A stretch of DNA of 64,000 nucleotides from Yuukianura sp. NJ FZ-2021 (GCA_046563655.1 CM102283.1:8618001-8682000), one strand, 5' to 3'. Counted from the stretch's first letter, positions 11,301-25,448 are shown. Numbers and translations: made by a program. Notes: generated by a model not told the origin, from the letters alone.

Positions 11301-14300
11301 GTTGGCGGGAAATTTTAAAGTGTTGGTGTAAGATTTTGAAAAGAGGGGAAATGGACTTCATCTTGAGCGTATCTCTTCATTATCGTCCTTCCCGCCTCAA
11401 CTTTCTCCTGTCAACTTTAACACCTCCGCCGGCAAACACAAGCAGAAGCACAAGATAAAGATGCCGGAAATACTCAGAAACCAACAGGGGAAGGAAGAGG
11501 CGGGAAAAGTTTTTGGATTCGAAACTCAAAATTTTGAAGTTAAAAAACCAAAACCCAGAATTCCGACCGAATTTCAAAAATCAATATAGGATCACTTTCC
11601 AACTTAAGTTTTTTGTTTCATTTTCTTATTAGAGAGATTGCGCTTACAAAACTCAGAGTGACTGTGGGTTTAAAAAAAGATATCTAATATTGTAGATAAA
11701 AAAAATCTTAAGTTGTTATAATCTTGATATTTTTTTTTTCGAATCTTCCTCGAATGACCTCACGTGACCTTTGGATTCAGCTCGAGTTTTTTTGAGTTTG
11801 ACTTTTTGGAATCAAATTGGTTTGGACTGATATTTTGAAACGTCTGAGCTGAAGTGACACGCGACTGTCCCCTGTGACCTCTTCCTTCTTTCTCGAGAGA
11901 AGCTGCGACATTTTTTGGTTAAGATGCCCAGGTTATGTTAGGTTAAACCTATGTTAGGATAGTTATTCCATGTTAGGTTGCTAAGGTTAGGTTCAGCAGA
12001 ACACCTTAAGCTTCCAGTGCCTGCTAACACTGCCTGGAAGGAGTTTTCTGGAAGAGATTTTGGGGAAGCCAGAGGAAAGGAAGGGGATTAAGCACAGGGA
12101 AATCCGTCGTGTAAGAAGGAATCCTTCTAAAAAGTTTCTAATCCGCCTTTTCTTAAGGAAAACGAAGCCTCTCTAATCCAGTTTCTCTTCTGTCTACCAC
12201 TCCGACGAGGAGTGGAACTCACAGCCTTACTTTAGGGGAAGCTAAACCTAGAGAAACCCTAACTTTAAGGTTCTCCACTCCCTTGTGTCTCTCAAGAGAC
12301 GAGGATTTAGTTCCGTATTCTGGAAAATAAAACCCTCCTGAACACACTTTGACACTATACTTTCCAGGGTTAGGCTTTAGACGTTCCTAAATCTTATTCC
12401 AGATTTTGAACCCAATTTATCTGTTGATGCTCCATTTGAGTCACGCATTTTCAAAAAAAAAGGAAAGAAAGTGCTGTTTTCACTTTTGCAAAACATTAGG
12501 AATGTTTGAATTGGAGGTGCAGTGGTCTACATAACCTTGAAAACTGAAGCCAATCTAATGAAAACCTGGGAAAGTCATTAGTAAAGCTAGGAGAGAGCGG
12601 ATTTAGAGAGAAATTAGAGCTTAGGAATTGGTTTGAGTTGAGGCTGGTATGAATTATAAGTTCTTATTTGAAGAAAGTTGTGGAAGGATAGAATGGTGGG
12701 AAGTGTGTGTGCTGGTGTAGAGTGGGAAGTAGATTAGAGACAGCCGGATTAGAGAGAGACGAAGGATGAGGGAAAGTCTCTCGAACAGAATTCGGCTAAA
12801 AGGCTAAGCCCCTTCTTCCTTTCCTGCACAGTCTACGACCAACGTACTTTTCATTCTCCCGCCAAGAATGTCCGAATTAAAAAAAAATAAGCCTCTATTG
12901 GCAATCCACTTTAACTTCAAAACACAAATAAATTAAAAAAAAATTTACATGAAATAAAAAAAACAATTTTTTAATTATTATTTAAAAAAATAAAATAAAA
13001 AGTTATCGGATTTGAGTGTCCTCAGTTTTTGAATTTCAGAACCTTTTTTTAGTTTTTAGCAAATTAAAATTTCTGAAAAATCCACCTTTTGATAACTGAT
13101 ATGCTTGCAGACTTTGAAATTTTGAATTTTATCAAATTTCCGGAGGCGTCAAAATGTGACATACGGCCCAGACTGTCTAGCGAGTAGAGGAGTAGAAAAT
13201 CCAGAAGAAAGTTTTCCCCTCGCTGCTAAATCCCTCACTTTCTCTGCCGTGTCCTCCCTCAGCCTCCTTCCGCCGTCATTCCGCGCGGGAAGTTCGGTTC
13301 TCCAAGGCAAAACTTCGCCTTGGTGAGAGAATGGAACTAAGAAGATTATCTCTCTGATTGATGAATCCAAATCCAAATCCCCCTCACAAAAAGAACAGAT
13401 TACAGTTTCCCCTACGCTCCAGCTCCAACAGACATTTTCAACAAAACCACGACGACTACTGGCTACGATCAAGCAGAAAGAATATTTCAGAGGCAGACGA
13501 AAACCGTAGAAACCAAACAATCATTCCACGAAACTCTCCGTCCAAACTTTTTAGCCGTGGGCAATTCCATGTCTCCGAAATTTCAGTTCAAACTTTTAGT
13601 CATCCGCTTTAATCCGGTCATTCCCATCCAAAGCCAAAGTAAAAGTGACCTCTGACAACTCAAGGTCAAACCACCAACAAATTCTGGAAAAATTTATCCA
13701 AGTTAGAATCTGAAATTTTGAACATTCATGATTTTTCAGATTTGAACATTTTCACATTGGCGATGAATGTTCTGATTATCAATGGTAGTGGGGCATTGTG
13801 AGACAAAATTTTCAAACGTTTTGAAAATTCAAACACTTTGTTGAAATTCTCATGATTAGTATTCAGGAAGGAGGAAGAGATTAAGTCTAAACTCCAAAAT
13901 CCAAATTCAACTGAATTTCTACCAAATTTGGTTTTACTTTAAACTTTTCTTGTCTTTTCAACAAAGAGGACCAAAGGAGAGGATTTTCCGACTTTCTGCC
14001 GAAAAGTTCGTCTCTCCCTTTAGTTTTGATGTTGAATTTTGAAAATCCCGGAGAAAAAGGAAATCTGTTGGATTTTCTCCTTGGAATCTCCAATAAAAGG
14101 GATTTTGTTGGATTTGGAGTTAAGGGATTAAGGCCTCCAGAATTCCACGAAAGAAGGGAAAGCACAGGAGAATGTTAGGTAGAAAGAGAAAGCTAGCCTA
14201 ACCTAACGTTAGGTTTTCCTTTCTTTCAGGACCTAGATGTTAGATTTTGTGCTTTTAGCCTAGTGGAAGTGCCTCTCTTTTGGTAAGTGGAAATTTCTGG

Positions 14301-17300
14301 TGTGAAGAAAGAGGATTAGGGGGTACTACTATTCCTCTCCTTCGTCGGAAACGGGATTAAGCAGAGACGCACACACCTTCCTTCCATCTCCTCCATTTGG
14401 ACTAATGGGATCCAACCAAATCAACTTCCATCCACCAGATCCAATTCTACCACTCACTCTACTCCCAAAGATCATCTCTACGTTTCCAGGGGCAACGCAA
14501 AACAGGCCATTTCGAGCAAAATCTCACCCCCCCCCCCCATTCCAGAAACTTACAGATGGGGGGGGACTTAACAACTTAAGTGATACAGGCACAGCCACTT
14601 TGCTTGAATTTGGAGAAAGCAAATTTTGGCACTAAAGAGAAATTAAGATCCGAATTTACCAGAATCCACTTTTGAATTTCAATTTGCACGACTTTCAAAA
14701 TTTGAACTAAACAACTCACTTTCTCCCCAGTTTTGATTTTTTAATTTTTGAAATCAGACTTCATAACTTCCAGTTTTTGGCTAATTTTGACTTTAAAGTT
14801 GCGTAGGCAGACAGAGCTTGAGATAATTTTTGAGACTGGCGGGAGTAACTATGTGTAGGTGCGGGATATTTGAAAATAAAGTAAAGGATTGACTGGTGGG
14901 AGTCTCCTGGGAGTTTGAGGATTAGAAGAAATAGTTTCTCCCTCTGACATGAAATTTATTCTTCTTCTTCTTAATTAAAAGGATTAAACTTTAGAAAAAG
15001 GATTTCCTACTCATCCACAACTTTCACTCTACTTTTGTACAATGACTACTATTTACTACTACTTTAAGTAAAAGGAGAGGGAAATTTCAAAAAAGGAGGG
15101 AAAATTCAAAAAGAAACGATTCTTCCCGTCACTCTTTTACAACTCAAGGACCCTTGGAATTAATTAACTTCTCTTCACAAAATCAAATCTCAACTCTTAT
15201 CCCCATCAACTACAGAATCAACATCTTTAACATTTCACTTTTCTCTAAAAACAGACTCAAACATAACCTAAATTTACAACTTTCACCCTAACTTTCTGTT
15301 TCCACTTAACCTCAACATTTCTGTTTTGCTAGACCAGAAAAAAACTAAAACTGAGAATTCTAGGAGCCGAATTCAATAGATAAGACCAAAAATTTCTTAA
15401 CCCGGATTAGACCAAAAATTGCTTAAAAAGTGATCAGCTCACCTGTGATTGGCGGGTTAACCGGATTTGAATTTCTGCGGATCGTTGACAAGTCCATGCC
15501 CGGTGACGTTTGGGCTGACGACGATGTCGACGGCAGTTGAATGCTGGTTGTTCTGTGATGTTCCTTGTGTCTCCGCACCTAGGACAAGAATGGTGACATT
15601 AGGAAGACCTAGCCTAAGAGTTTCTCTTTTTTCAGAGGATTATCCTCTCCTATTTGGCTGGTGGTGGGTCTAATCCTTTGGAAATGAAGGAAAAGAAGCG
15701 TCTGCGCAGGAAGTGGACGCAGACTAGCCTCAATGGAGGGATTATTTGAAATCCTCTTCTACGCTGGATTAGGGATTAGGCACATAAATCTCCTTATCTT
15801 TTCCTACAGGCTCTAAAACTTCCTAAAACTGATGGGCACGCAGAGAGATGAGGAGGGGGAAGATGCGGAGGGGGCTAATACTCACAGATTCAAAAATCCC
15901 CCCGCTCAAACACTTTCACTCACAATGGAAAAAATTTGAAAAAGCCTTTAATCCTTTTCCTAAAAAAGTTGCAAAAAATGTTTACTGATCAGGGCAGTCC
16001 AGCTAATCGTAAGTTGGAAATTTTCAAAATTTTGAAATTTGGAAATCACTTTGGCTGTTCTTTGACTTTGCTTATTGGTGTGAGCTGTTAAGTGGTTTTG
16101 TCACCTTGCAATTGCAGGGCAGAAGTGTCGGAATTGTGTTTAATGGAGGCCACTTCCAGTGTGTTTGATGGACTAATCTGTCCAACATGAAAGTGGGCAG
16201 AGATTATACCGATTGTTTCCTTTGTCGGTACCTGGATGAGGCGTAATTGGGACGCTGTGCATAAATTACACATAGTATATGACACAGGATACGATAATCC
16301 CCAAACATTATGCATTTTATAACCTAACATTACTACGTTAGATTAGTCATCAAGACACTTAATCTATGTTAGACTAAAGATTTTTAGCTAAGGTTTAGTT
16401 AAACCTAATTTAAAACTCGCGTCATTTTCTTTGTTAGCAGCAGCAGAAAATTATTTACAAAATCACAACAATGGAAAATTGTTTTCGTCATAAAAATTGA
16501 TTGTTTAGATTTTAAATTTTTTGCTTATGTTTTTTTTTGTAAAGAAAATTTTTCGTAACAATTAAATCGTCTGATTGTTTGTTTTGTCTTGCAGGGGGAG
16601 ACTTTTTTTGGATGACAGCCAAAACTTAAAGTCGTAAATTTCAAACTAGTTCAAATTTTAAACAACAGTTTAAAATTGGATCAATTTTCAATTTGACACC
16701 ATTAACTTCGTCAAAAGTGAGCATGAAATCATGATTGAACAATTATCTTCTCAATGCGAGGTTAGTTAGTTAACTTTAGTATAGTTTTAGTACAGAGTAT
16801 ATTCTAAAAAGTAAAGAGAGTGTTGTGAGTAGGAAAGATTTTAGGATTTTATCTAATGCGAAACCATGTTTTCTCCTAATCTCTTATTGCTGCTATTAAA
16901 CTATTTGTTAGGATAAGTGGTTTGGATAATAAGCGGATAGTTACAAAGCTAAGTTTAATCACACTTAATTTCCAATTTTAAGTAATCCATTAGCCATTAG
17001 TCAAAAATTAAATTGTGATATTGGCGGCAACTCTCTTTGGTTTTTGTTTGTTAATCAAACGACAAACGGAGATAATTCAACTGCACTTTTTGTAGAACGT
17101 GCTATTTTTGAAAATTTGTGGAACACAAAATTCAAGGTCGAATGCTAGAAGTAGTTTGAGGAACGACGATTTAACATTCCCTAATTAAGTTTTTAACTAA
17201 TGTTAATTAAATTTTAGGTAAGTTGAGCTTACCTGAAGTTGTTGGTTGTTAGACTCCGCTTCCAGTTCTTCTCTACCGGCAGATTGAATTGGTGTGTTTG

Positions 17301-17406
17301 AATTTGGAACGATTGGGAATGGGAGGGTTGGATGAAAATTGAGTTTTCCCGCGTTGGCAGCCACCCAAGCCTCTGCAAAAGTCTCCATCGCTGACTGGAA
17401 GTCCAT
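8369..17406 (-). CDS. dve: Defective proventriculus (SATB/COMPASS-class homeobox protein, two homeodomains)
   Basis: Exons 17406-17233 (MDFQSAMETFAEAWVAA), 15578-15443, 11037-10807 (IPVHC..DDYLIVP..TALSLLGH, CMP domain), 10733-10607 (GWISLRNWKPL), 10512-10419, 9906-~9773, ~9723-9519, 9452-9095, 9039-8369. HD1 RMRTSFDPEMELPRLQDWF...NNVIYWFKNARAAQKR; HD2 RKRNRTFIDPVSEVPRLEAWF...NVQFWFKNRRAK. The intron at 9724-9772 is inferred. Confidence 0.93.
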
Positions 17407-17794
17407 CACTTCTCAAAGTTTTTACCGAGCTATCAATGGTCTGCAGACTACTTCGGACACAACGCTGGCGCAAATTCCACTAAATCAAAAAATATCACAA
17501 TTTTCAAAAAAAAATCAAATTTTCCGTAGTTGTTATTTTTAAGGGGCGGTGAAACCGAAATGAGAGACTTACATCTGCAACCTGTTTTTCTGAGTGACTA
17601 ATCTCAGACTAAATCCAACTTACTGCTACAGCAGATATAGTTGTGCAGTTGACTATAAAATACGAGGGGTGTTTTTCAAAATCTTGGGATTTACAGAAAT
17701 AGTTTTTAGTCCAGAAGTAATGAAAATTTTTTTGAAAATGATGAATTTTTAAACAGTTGAATTTGAATCCAGAGGGAAAGTTTAAGCTTAATCC
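12085..17794. promoter_or_regulatory. Cluster of K50-homeodomain sites (TAATCC/GGATTA) in dve introns and 5' region
   Basis: 20 exact hexamers read directly between 12085 and 17794. Confidence 0.55.
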
Positions 17795-20551
17795 TCGGGA
17801 GAGAAGCGGAGGATTTAGAATATTTGTGTGTTATTGTTAGGGTGAAAGTTACCTTTCTCCAGGATCCTCCAGGATCCAGAAGTTCCTGGACAGAGATGTG
17901 CTTTAGCGTGTAGATGAAGGCTGACTGGCGAGTGAAAGGAAGTTGTCGTGGTCTGGTCTTCCAGAAGGAAGTGGCGGATAAGAACGTAGCTTTCCTTGGA
18001 TTTAAGACTTTCCTTCGAAGGAGGCTGCTTATCTCAACGCATGCATTCTAGAGGAGAAAGTCCACAGAGAAAGCTCCCCCTCTTCAACCCTTTACCCAAC
18101 CTTTCACCCCCTAACCATAACACTAAAACTACTCAATTCAAATGTTAACTCCAGGAATTTCAACCCCCTTAACTCCAAATCCAACATTCATAACATAACT
18201 TTCACCCTTAACGTACAGAAACGCGCATAGCATCCACTCAAACGTACAAAACTAAAATAACTTTCACTCCTAACGAACATAACTAACATAACATAAACAA
18301 AAATCAAAAATACTTACATAATTTATGTTCCAACTTTTCAGCTAAGGTGACTCCGTCTGTAACAGCGCCCGGACCGACTAATTCTCTGATGTTTCTTTTT
18401 TCAAGATTTCTCGATTTTGTCAATTTTTCATTTTTTTTTTTTTGGAAATTAAAAAAAAATACTTTTGAAATACAAATGAAGTGTGAGTGAAGCGTGCCAC
18501 TAAACTCTGTTTCGGCTAGACATGAGACATAACGTCCTTTGTACACCTTCCACCTGCTTCTTTAGTGTATAAAATGGATGCAGTAAATCTATAACGCTAA
18601 AATCTAATAGCATCTAGAATAATACCTACCGATCATCAGTCGTCATGATGTTAAGTTTTTTGTCGTAACAAATATTCCATACAAAACTTCGATTTTACTA
18701 ACTTTGAAATCCGACACCTTTGGTTTTTGGCAAGAGACAATGAGCCATTAAGATTCAGTTTTTGTAATTGTTGATTCTAAGAAGTTAGACTTATAGATTC
18801 ATCCTCACTTTTAGACTTTATAACTTTTAAGATCTGATAACTTTACCAAAGCACAAACTCGTTACTTCCTAAGAAAAAAAAAGTTTTTGAAATTTTGAGC
18901 TTTCCAGAAATTGAAAAATCCTAATTCCTTCTCATGTTTTCTCCCAGTAGGATCATTTTTCATATTCAAATTTTTTTTTATAAGGTTAGGTTACAGTGAA
19001 AGCTTTTTGACAAATCCGACTGTTGAAGCTACAAAAAAAGAGCGGGAAAATGGTTTTTACGGAAATCCTATGTCATGTCAGAGGGAGAATTCAAATTTTG
19101 TTTTCATGGGAACAAAAAGTATAAAGTAAAAGGAAGATTTGGTCTTGGGTGAAAGTCTTTCAGAAAAGCCTCCGGAGGGTATGACGTCATAACGAAGATT
19201 GGAGAAAGCAAATGTTAAGTTAACTTTTGTTAAGAATAGGCTATGGAGGGCCTTAAGGTTATGAGAATTTATGTTTAAGAACACTACACTTATTTTCCGT
19301 TTTATTGTTGGAGCTTCTCTTGGTTTAAAAGTCTTACAAAAAGAATTAAGTTTTCGTATTTCAAAAGCTCCCGCGCTCAAAATGGGAAAGGCGTACACTT
19401 TGTTTCTAAGGAAGATTTGGGGTCAATGAGCTTTTGTACGAAGCAAAAAGCTTCTCTAGAAATTATGCGCAGCAAAAAGGTTCCTAGAAGGATTCAGGCC
19501 AAGAGATTCCTAGTTCCACACGAGCCTAAGAGCTTCCTAGAAGTATACAGCGCAAAAAGCTTCCCCAGAAATAATTGTAGAAGCTCATTGGTTGAAATGG
19601 TGGAATTCTTTTGTATTCCAGAGACTTTCTCCTTTGATTAAGTGTAGTTCATTATAAAGTTAGAAAAAGAGGCGCCGGAATTTGAATGTAGGCTAAGAAA
19701 TATGGAAGGGCTTTGGAGGTTGGTGGGATTTTGGCGGGTCTTTTCGGTTTTTAATCACCCCCAGCAACCCCAGAGGGATCTTGTGGGAAAATTCAAATGG
19801 ACCAATGGCAGAGCAGGGTTTAAGTCCGTATCCATTCCTTCTCAAGCACGTTTCTTTCTACTAAGACTTTTAAGTCCCCTTTCTCACTCTCTACAAAAAC
19901 TTAGCAATTAATTCATTTTTCATATCCACCACCCTATGTTAACTTTGTCCTTAGAAGGACTTCTCGAAACTACTGCCAGTATATACTGCCAGTACTGTTG
20001 GTTTTGGAAGAAGACACCACTTGACAAGATTCTGTTCTGATTTATGCTGCCTAAGAACACTTTCCCAGGGGAAAAATTGGAAAACTTTCTCCTCTGAGGT
20101 GGATTAGTAAACCTTTTCTTTTTAATTAAACAAAACCAACAGCCTTTGTCTCTTGACAAGAACTAAAACAAAAGAACACGAATCTTAGAGGCTTCCAAAA
20201 TTTCTAAATTTTCAAATCAAAAGTTCACAATTTCTACCTTCTGCTCACGTTTTCATCAGAAGATCAGGAGACGTCATGGACCAATGCATCTGAAATTTTG
20301 AATTGTGAAATTCCACAATTTCAAAATTCGTTTTGATTAGTCTCATCAAATTTCGAAAAAGTGTGGATGTGGCTAGAAGTAATTAGAGCTTGATGAGAAT
20401 AATTAGGAGATGGAAAAAAATTCTGCTGGATTTCAAAAGAGAAAGTCGACTTTCTCCAATCAAACAAGAAGGTCTCTTCTATTCATCGGAAAGCACAGAA
20501 ATGTCCAGATTTGACTTCAGATCAAAAGAGAAACTAAAAGTGAAACTACTA

Positions 20552-20645
20552 AAATACTATAACTAAAGTAAAAGTACTATCAAATACTAACACTAAAGTA
20601 AAAGTACTATCAAATACTAAAACTAAAGTAAAAGTGAGTACTATC
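20552..20645. repeat. 30-bp tandem repeat x3
   Basis: Unit AAATACTA(T/A)(A/C)ACTAAAGTAAAAGTACTATC. Confidence 0.85.
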
Positions 20646-21244
20646 AGATACAAAAGGAAAAGTGAAAGTCGGAAATCATAATTTCCAGTGCTCTTTCTGT
20701 AGAAGAATTTCTGGGAGCTTTCACTTTGTATGATTTTGGTATTTCTGTAGAAAGAAGTGGATTTTAGTAGTAGAGTTCCATTTGAACTGAAGTGTATCAA
20801 AAGGAGCCTCGGAGAAGATCTTTTTGGTTAACTGCAATTAAGTCTCATTTAGCTGAGCAATTAAGCTCCTAGTAATTGAATGATAAAAAGTGAGTTTGGC
20901 TTTTAAGTTTCTAATGCGATTAACTGTTAGGAGAGGAGAAATCTAGAATCTGGAGTAAGAGGCAGAGTGACTCATTAGATTTTCCTAAACATCAAAAGAA
21001 AGTGAGCTTTCCAAGGATCTCCAATCTCTACTTCATCATCCACAGTCCTCCTTCAACTTCATTTTCTACCTTCAACTCAACCATCTTCACTAACCTAACT
21101 TTAACTTATTTCACTCTAGTAAAACTAAATTTTACATAAAATTTTCAAGAGCTCCACTTCTGACTTATTTCAAAATCATCTTTTCAAATTATCGACAAAC
21201 AAGGAATAAGTTAAGCTCTGAATTTCTACTTTACCGTAAGGTTT

Positions 21245-21556
21245 TGATTTTGAGTTTTAATATTTAGATTTTGTGTGTTGAGATTTCGAATTTTGAAATT
21301 TTGTTGAGATTCTGAGTTGAGCTTTCAGATTTTGAATGTTGAGATTTTGAATCTCGAGCTTTCAGGTTTGGAATGCTGAGATTTTGAGTGTTGAAATTTT
21401 GAATCTTGAGTGTTGAGATGTTGAAATTTTGGGTTTTATGATTCTGAATTCTGAGATTTTGAGTTCTCAGAGTCTGCATGTTTAGGTTTGAAGTTTTGAG
21501 ATTTTGAATGTTGAGATTTTGAGTTTTTGAAAATTTGAATTTTTGAGATTTTGAAT
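21245..21556. repeat. Degenerate ~15-bp tandem array (GTTGAGATTTTGAAT-like)
   Basis: Repeated GAGATTTTGA/GAAATTTTGA units. The overlapping ORF 21264-21479 is an artefact of the repeat. Confidence 0.7.
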
Positions 21557-23143
21557 TAATTAGATGGGATATTGTGGACTTTGGGCGGGAATGTTTAGTA
21601 TTTGTTCCTTGTTAGAGTGTTTGCTCTATGGTTGGAGACATATTTTTTTGATCCAGTTCTGTTTGTTTTTGTGGAGAGTCCTTTGGGAAAGAAAGAGATG
21701 AAAGAGGCGCTTCTTTTAATTGGCTCCAAAATTCAAAATTCTTCCTGCTGGATTCCGGAAATGAGAGAAAGGATAAAAGGGAAGGGAGAAAGTCAGTTTC
21801 TGCTTCTTTTCCTTTGAATTTCGTAGCCAGAGTGAGTTTTAGGTGCTACTCCTATGGAGAAGGCGGTGGAGAGGAAGAAGGCGATAGGGGAAATGAATAT
21901 AAAAATGAAGATAAGTAGGGAATAATTTCCTCTTTTCTCTGAATCACAATCTTCTTTGTCTAGCTTTCTCTTTTTAATTTCCTAGGATTCTCTGCCCATA
22001 ACTCCATGTGCCTAAATTCCTAAGTAAAAGCAACTCTAGATCAACTTTCAAAAAATAAAAAAAAAGTGACGCTTTTCATTTTGAAAAAAAAAACTTTCTC
22101 GTTTTGACTGTCATGTTTGTCGGGAGATCTGACTTTCACCTGCCAAGAGAGCAGACACACGTTAAACATGACGTCAGAAAGAAAGTCAAGTACTGTGAAG
22201 ACTAGAAAAAGTGGATGCGGACGAATAAAAAAAAGTTTGTCTATTATTATCTAATTATTATTATTATTACCTAATAAAATAAAAAAAATTAAAATAAAAT
22301 AATGAACTTAAAAAAATAATTTAAAAAAAAATCCAAACCCATAGCTGAGAATTCTTTTTGTTTTTGTTGTTCGTCAGTGTAAAAAAAGAGAGAAATTGTG
22401 TAGAACACTACGATACATTTGAGATCGCATTATGCAGTTTGCTTCTGTGTAAGCTCAAGCTTTGAAATTTTAAGTTTCTGTGCTTTCACTTCCAGATAAA
22501 GTGAAAGTGCTGCTGGAGACCTCTTTTGAACAAGAAATTTACTTTGTGTGAAAATTTTGGAGTATTTCTTTTCTGACGCTGATTTTTTGAATTTCACTTA
22601 CAGATGGAAGCCTTTCGCTTTTTTTTTTCCATATTTTATAGCATCACCAATATAAATCTTTTTTGTATTATTTTTCAAAGTATTTGCAAAATTTCAGACC
22701 GGCTTGACAGCAACAGTTTGCAATGTCAAGGAGTTGAATTTTTTGAGAAAGCAGCAGGGTTAACTGTTAAAACAAGGCAGGCATGTTAAGATGACATTCC
22801 ATGTCAAAGGTCAAGTGGTGCCGACTGTCTGTTTGGCCACTTATGTCGAATCAACTGAACTGAATTGGTTGAATAAGTGTGCAGATTTCTCACAGCCCAA
22901 AATAGCTTTTTGGCCAGTGGCCAACTAGACTAGTGTTTATATTCGCAAATTGAAGGCTGGAAGGAAGTGCTAACTTGGCTTTCGTCCTTCCTCAGTTCTG
23001 CTTCAACGGAAATGTGGTGTCTCATGACACAAACCTTTTTTTGAATGCATTTGAACAAAACAGTTCTGAAAATTAGAACCTCAAAATTAGCATTTTGTAA
23101 TTTCAAAACAAATATTTGGTTGAAATTTTGATTTTTTTTAAAT

Positions 23144-24102
23144 ATGGAGTACAATGAAGTAGTTCGAAAGCGGGGATTCAAGCCATCGGATCGATTCGAT
23201 CCCAACAAGGCGGAAGTCCTGACTTCATTGACGAAAAAAATTCTGCACTTGGTAAATGTTTGTGTAAAATCCAAAATTTCAAAAAATTAGAAATTGAAAT
23301 TTGAAAATTTTACAGGAAGAAAGAAAAAGTGGGCACGGATATCCAACAGATTGGCGAATGCGAAAAATTTTGTGTCCAAGACCGGAGTATTTCCAGGATC
23401 CAGAGCCACACCCTCAACGAATTCAGAGTTTTTGAAAAATTTTAAAAATTGAATTTTGAAAAGTTGAAAAAGAATTGTTTATTCTTTTTTTTTTTTCAGA
23501 AAAAGTCTTTGCGTCGTCCGATTTCTTTTCTCAGATCCATCCAACATTAGACGAAGAAAAATCCAAAGCGAAGGAAATCTCTACTTCGATTACACTTCCT
23601 GAAAATGCAAACTCCAAAGGACAGGTCATGTTCCAGTCCAGGAAGAAAAAGTCAGTCAAGTGGGTCCATCAAGGTCACGAGTTCCAGAAAGAAGTGGAGG
23701 AAATCCATGAGGTTTTTGAAATTTTTTCAAAATTTCCGCCAAATCAAAATTTTTGATTTGAAGTGTCGTGTGATTTCACTTTAGAGCCCAAATTGGAATT
23801 CGCTAAAGTCTAATCCTGCACCTCCTCCGCTCCAAAAATCGTTTTCGGCTGGAAGATTCCCAATTTCCTGGGATCAACCGATATCACCCAAGAAGGTGAA
23901 ATCAAAATTTTGAAAAATTGAAATTTGAAAAGCAATATTTCAAAAAAACGAAAAATTACTTGTCCAGGACGTCTTTCATCTCCCTGTGACCCACAACTTT
24001 CGGCAGCAGCTTAGACATGTCGAACACTGGAAAACTTACAACACGGCCCCCCGAGGGTACTTCCAAGGTCAAACAATTTACCATCCAATTTACATGGCTT
24101 GA
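23144..24102 (+). CDS. Uncharacterised 225-aa protein, 5 exons
   Basis: Exons 23144-23251, 23316-23427, 23500-23711, 23785-23895, 23968-24102 splice in frame from ATG to TGA (MEYNEVVRKRGFKPSDRF...HPIYMA*). No family recognised. Confidence 0.65.
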
Positions 24103-24369
24103 AATTTTGAAAAAATTAGAACAGTTGAACAGTTCGAACTTTTCAAAAATGGACGCTTCGCAGTATAACCTAGGTTCAGAAAAAAAACTGACATTCATTA
24201 AAATCCGAAATTTTGAATGTTGTCATGACCACATTTTCAATGATCTGCAAACATTTCGTTTTCTTTGTTCCATAATTTCCGTTTTCGAAGCACAGTAGAT
24301 GTTCAAATTTTCAAACAAAAGTCATTTCTTCAAAAATTTTGAAACTTTTTTGAAAGAATTTTGCTAACT

Positions 24370-25269
24370 ATGGCTAGAAACACTGCTCTCTTCGTTACTG
24401 AACTGGTGTCACTGGTGTCATGTATTGGCGCCTTCGCTGTGATTGGTCAGAGGGCTCCAGATCGGTTGGCACTTTTCTACTTGTCGCCATGGTTCATTTC
24501 AGCCGCGTGTTGCAACGCCGCTGGACTCTTGTCGCTAGGTAACATTCCAGTACTGTCTAAATTTCAAATTTGTGCTGATACTGATGCTGCCAATTGATGC
24601 TGGCAGCATATTACTACGGTGAAGACGAAGACCAGATAACCAAAGCCCATGACTGGCTCCACAGACACTACGTTCTGTGCTGGATAACGATTATTCTGGG
24701 ATATCCTACACTTGTGACAGCCTTCTGGTTGACCTACTGCCCAACTCCGCTTGCCCATGTAAGTCACGTGACTGAAATTTCAAAATTTCAAAAACAATTA
24801 AAATTTTGAATTGAATACAGGCATTTTTTGTTTTTGGATCCTTACCATTTCTGGCATGGGCACTGGAATGGCCCGATGTGATTCCGATGGTGACCAAAGT
24901 CTGCGTGTCCAGCCTCATCCTTCTCCATGTTGCCGTTTGTGTTGCGGGTACTTTCAACTTATGTGCTGCCAGTACTTTTTAAAATGTTGACAACATAAAA
25001 TACTTGTGATACTTGTTACAGCAAACAATTGGTTTGGAGTGGAAGGGACGTTTGTGATGGTGGCCAATTTGGTGACTCTGACGATTCCGACTGGCCGAAC
25101 GACAATCTTTAACATCTCTCCGAGAGAAGCATTTGTTGGTGGATTGGCCGTCGCATCAGTACTGTACGCTCAAGCGATTCGTCAAATGTACGACAATCCA
25201 GCTCCAATCGGTTGTACATTTCACGACATCCTTCAACATCTGATCAATTTGATCATCAAGTTCAAATGA
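24370..25269 (+). CDS. Uncharacterised multipass membrane protein (231 aa, 4 exons)
   Basis: Exons 24370-24538, 24607-24758, 24821-24947, 25022-25269 are phase-consistent, with ~6-7 hydrophobic segments. Confidence 0.75.
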
Positions 25270-25448
25270 CCACGATGACACTTGCAAATTCTAGACTTTC
25301 AAGTTAAATTAACTGAGACATTTACTTAATTATAAGTTAAGTGGAAACATGAAAATAAAAGTATGAGCAAAATGGTGACAAAAGTGGCAACAATTTGACA
25401 CTGGCTGAACACTGAGAAATTGAATACATAAGTGGAACTGGGATTATT

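Noticed and set aside
2737-17406. Functional linkage of a BMP ligand next to dve (a Dpp-responsive gene in Drosophila)
   Set aside because: Adjacency alone in a gene-dense genome is not evidence, and no synteny data are available.
20549-21479. ORFs with repeated peptides (FTLVLVFDST; QNL/QNF)
   Set aside because: They are translations of tandem DNA repeats.
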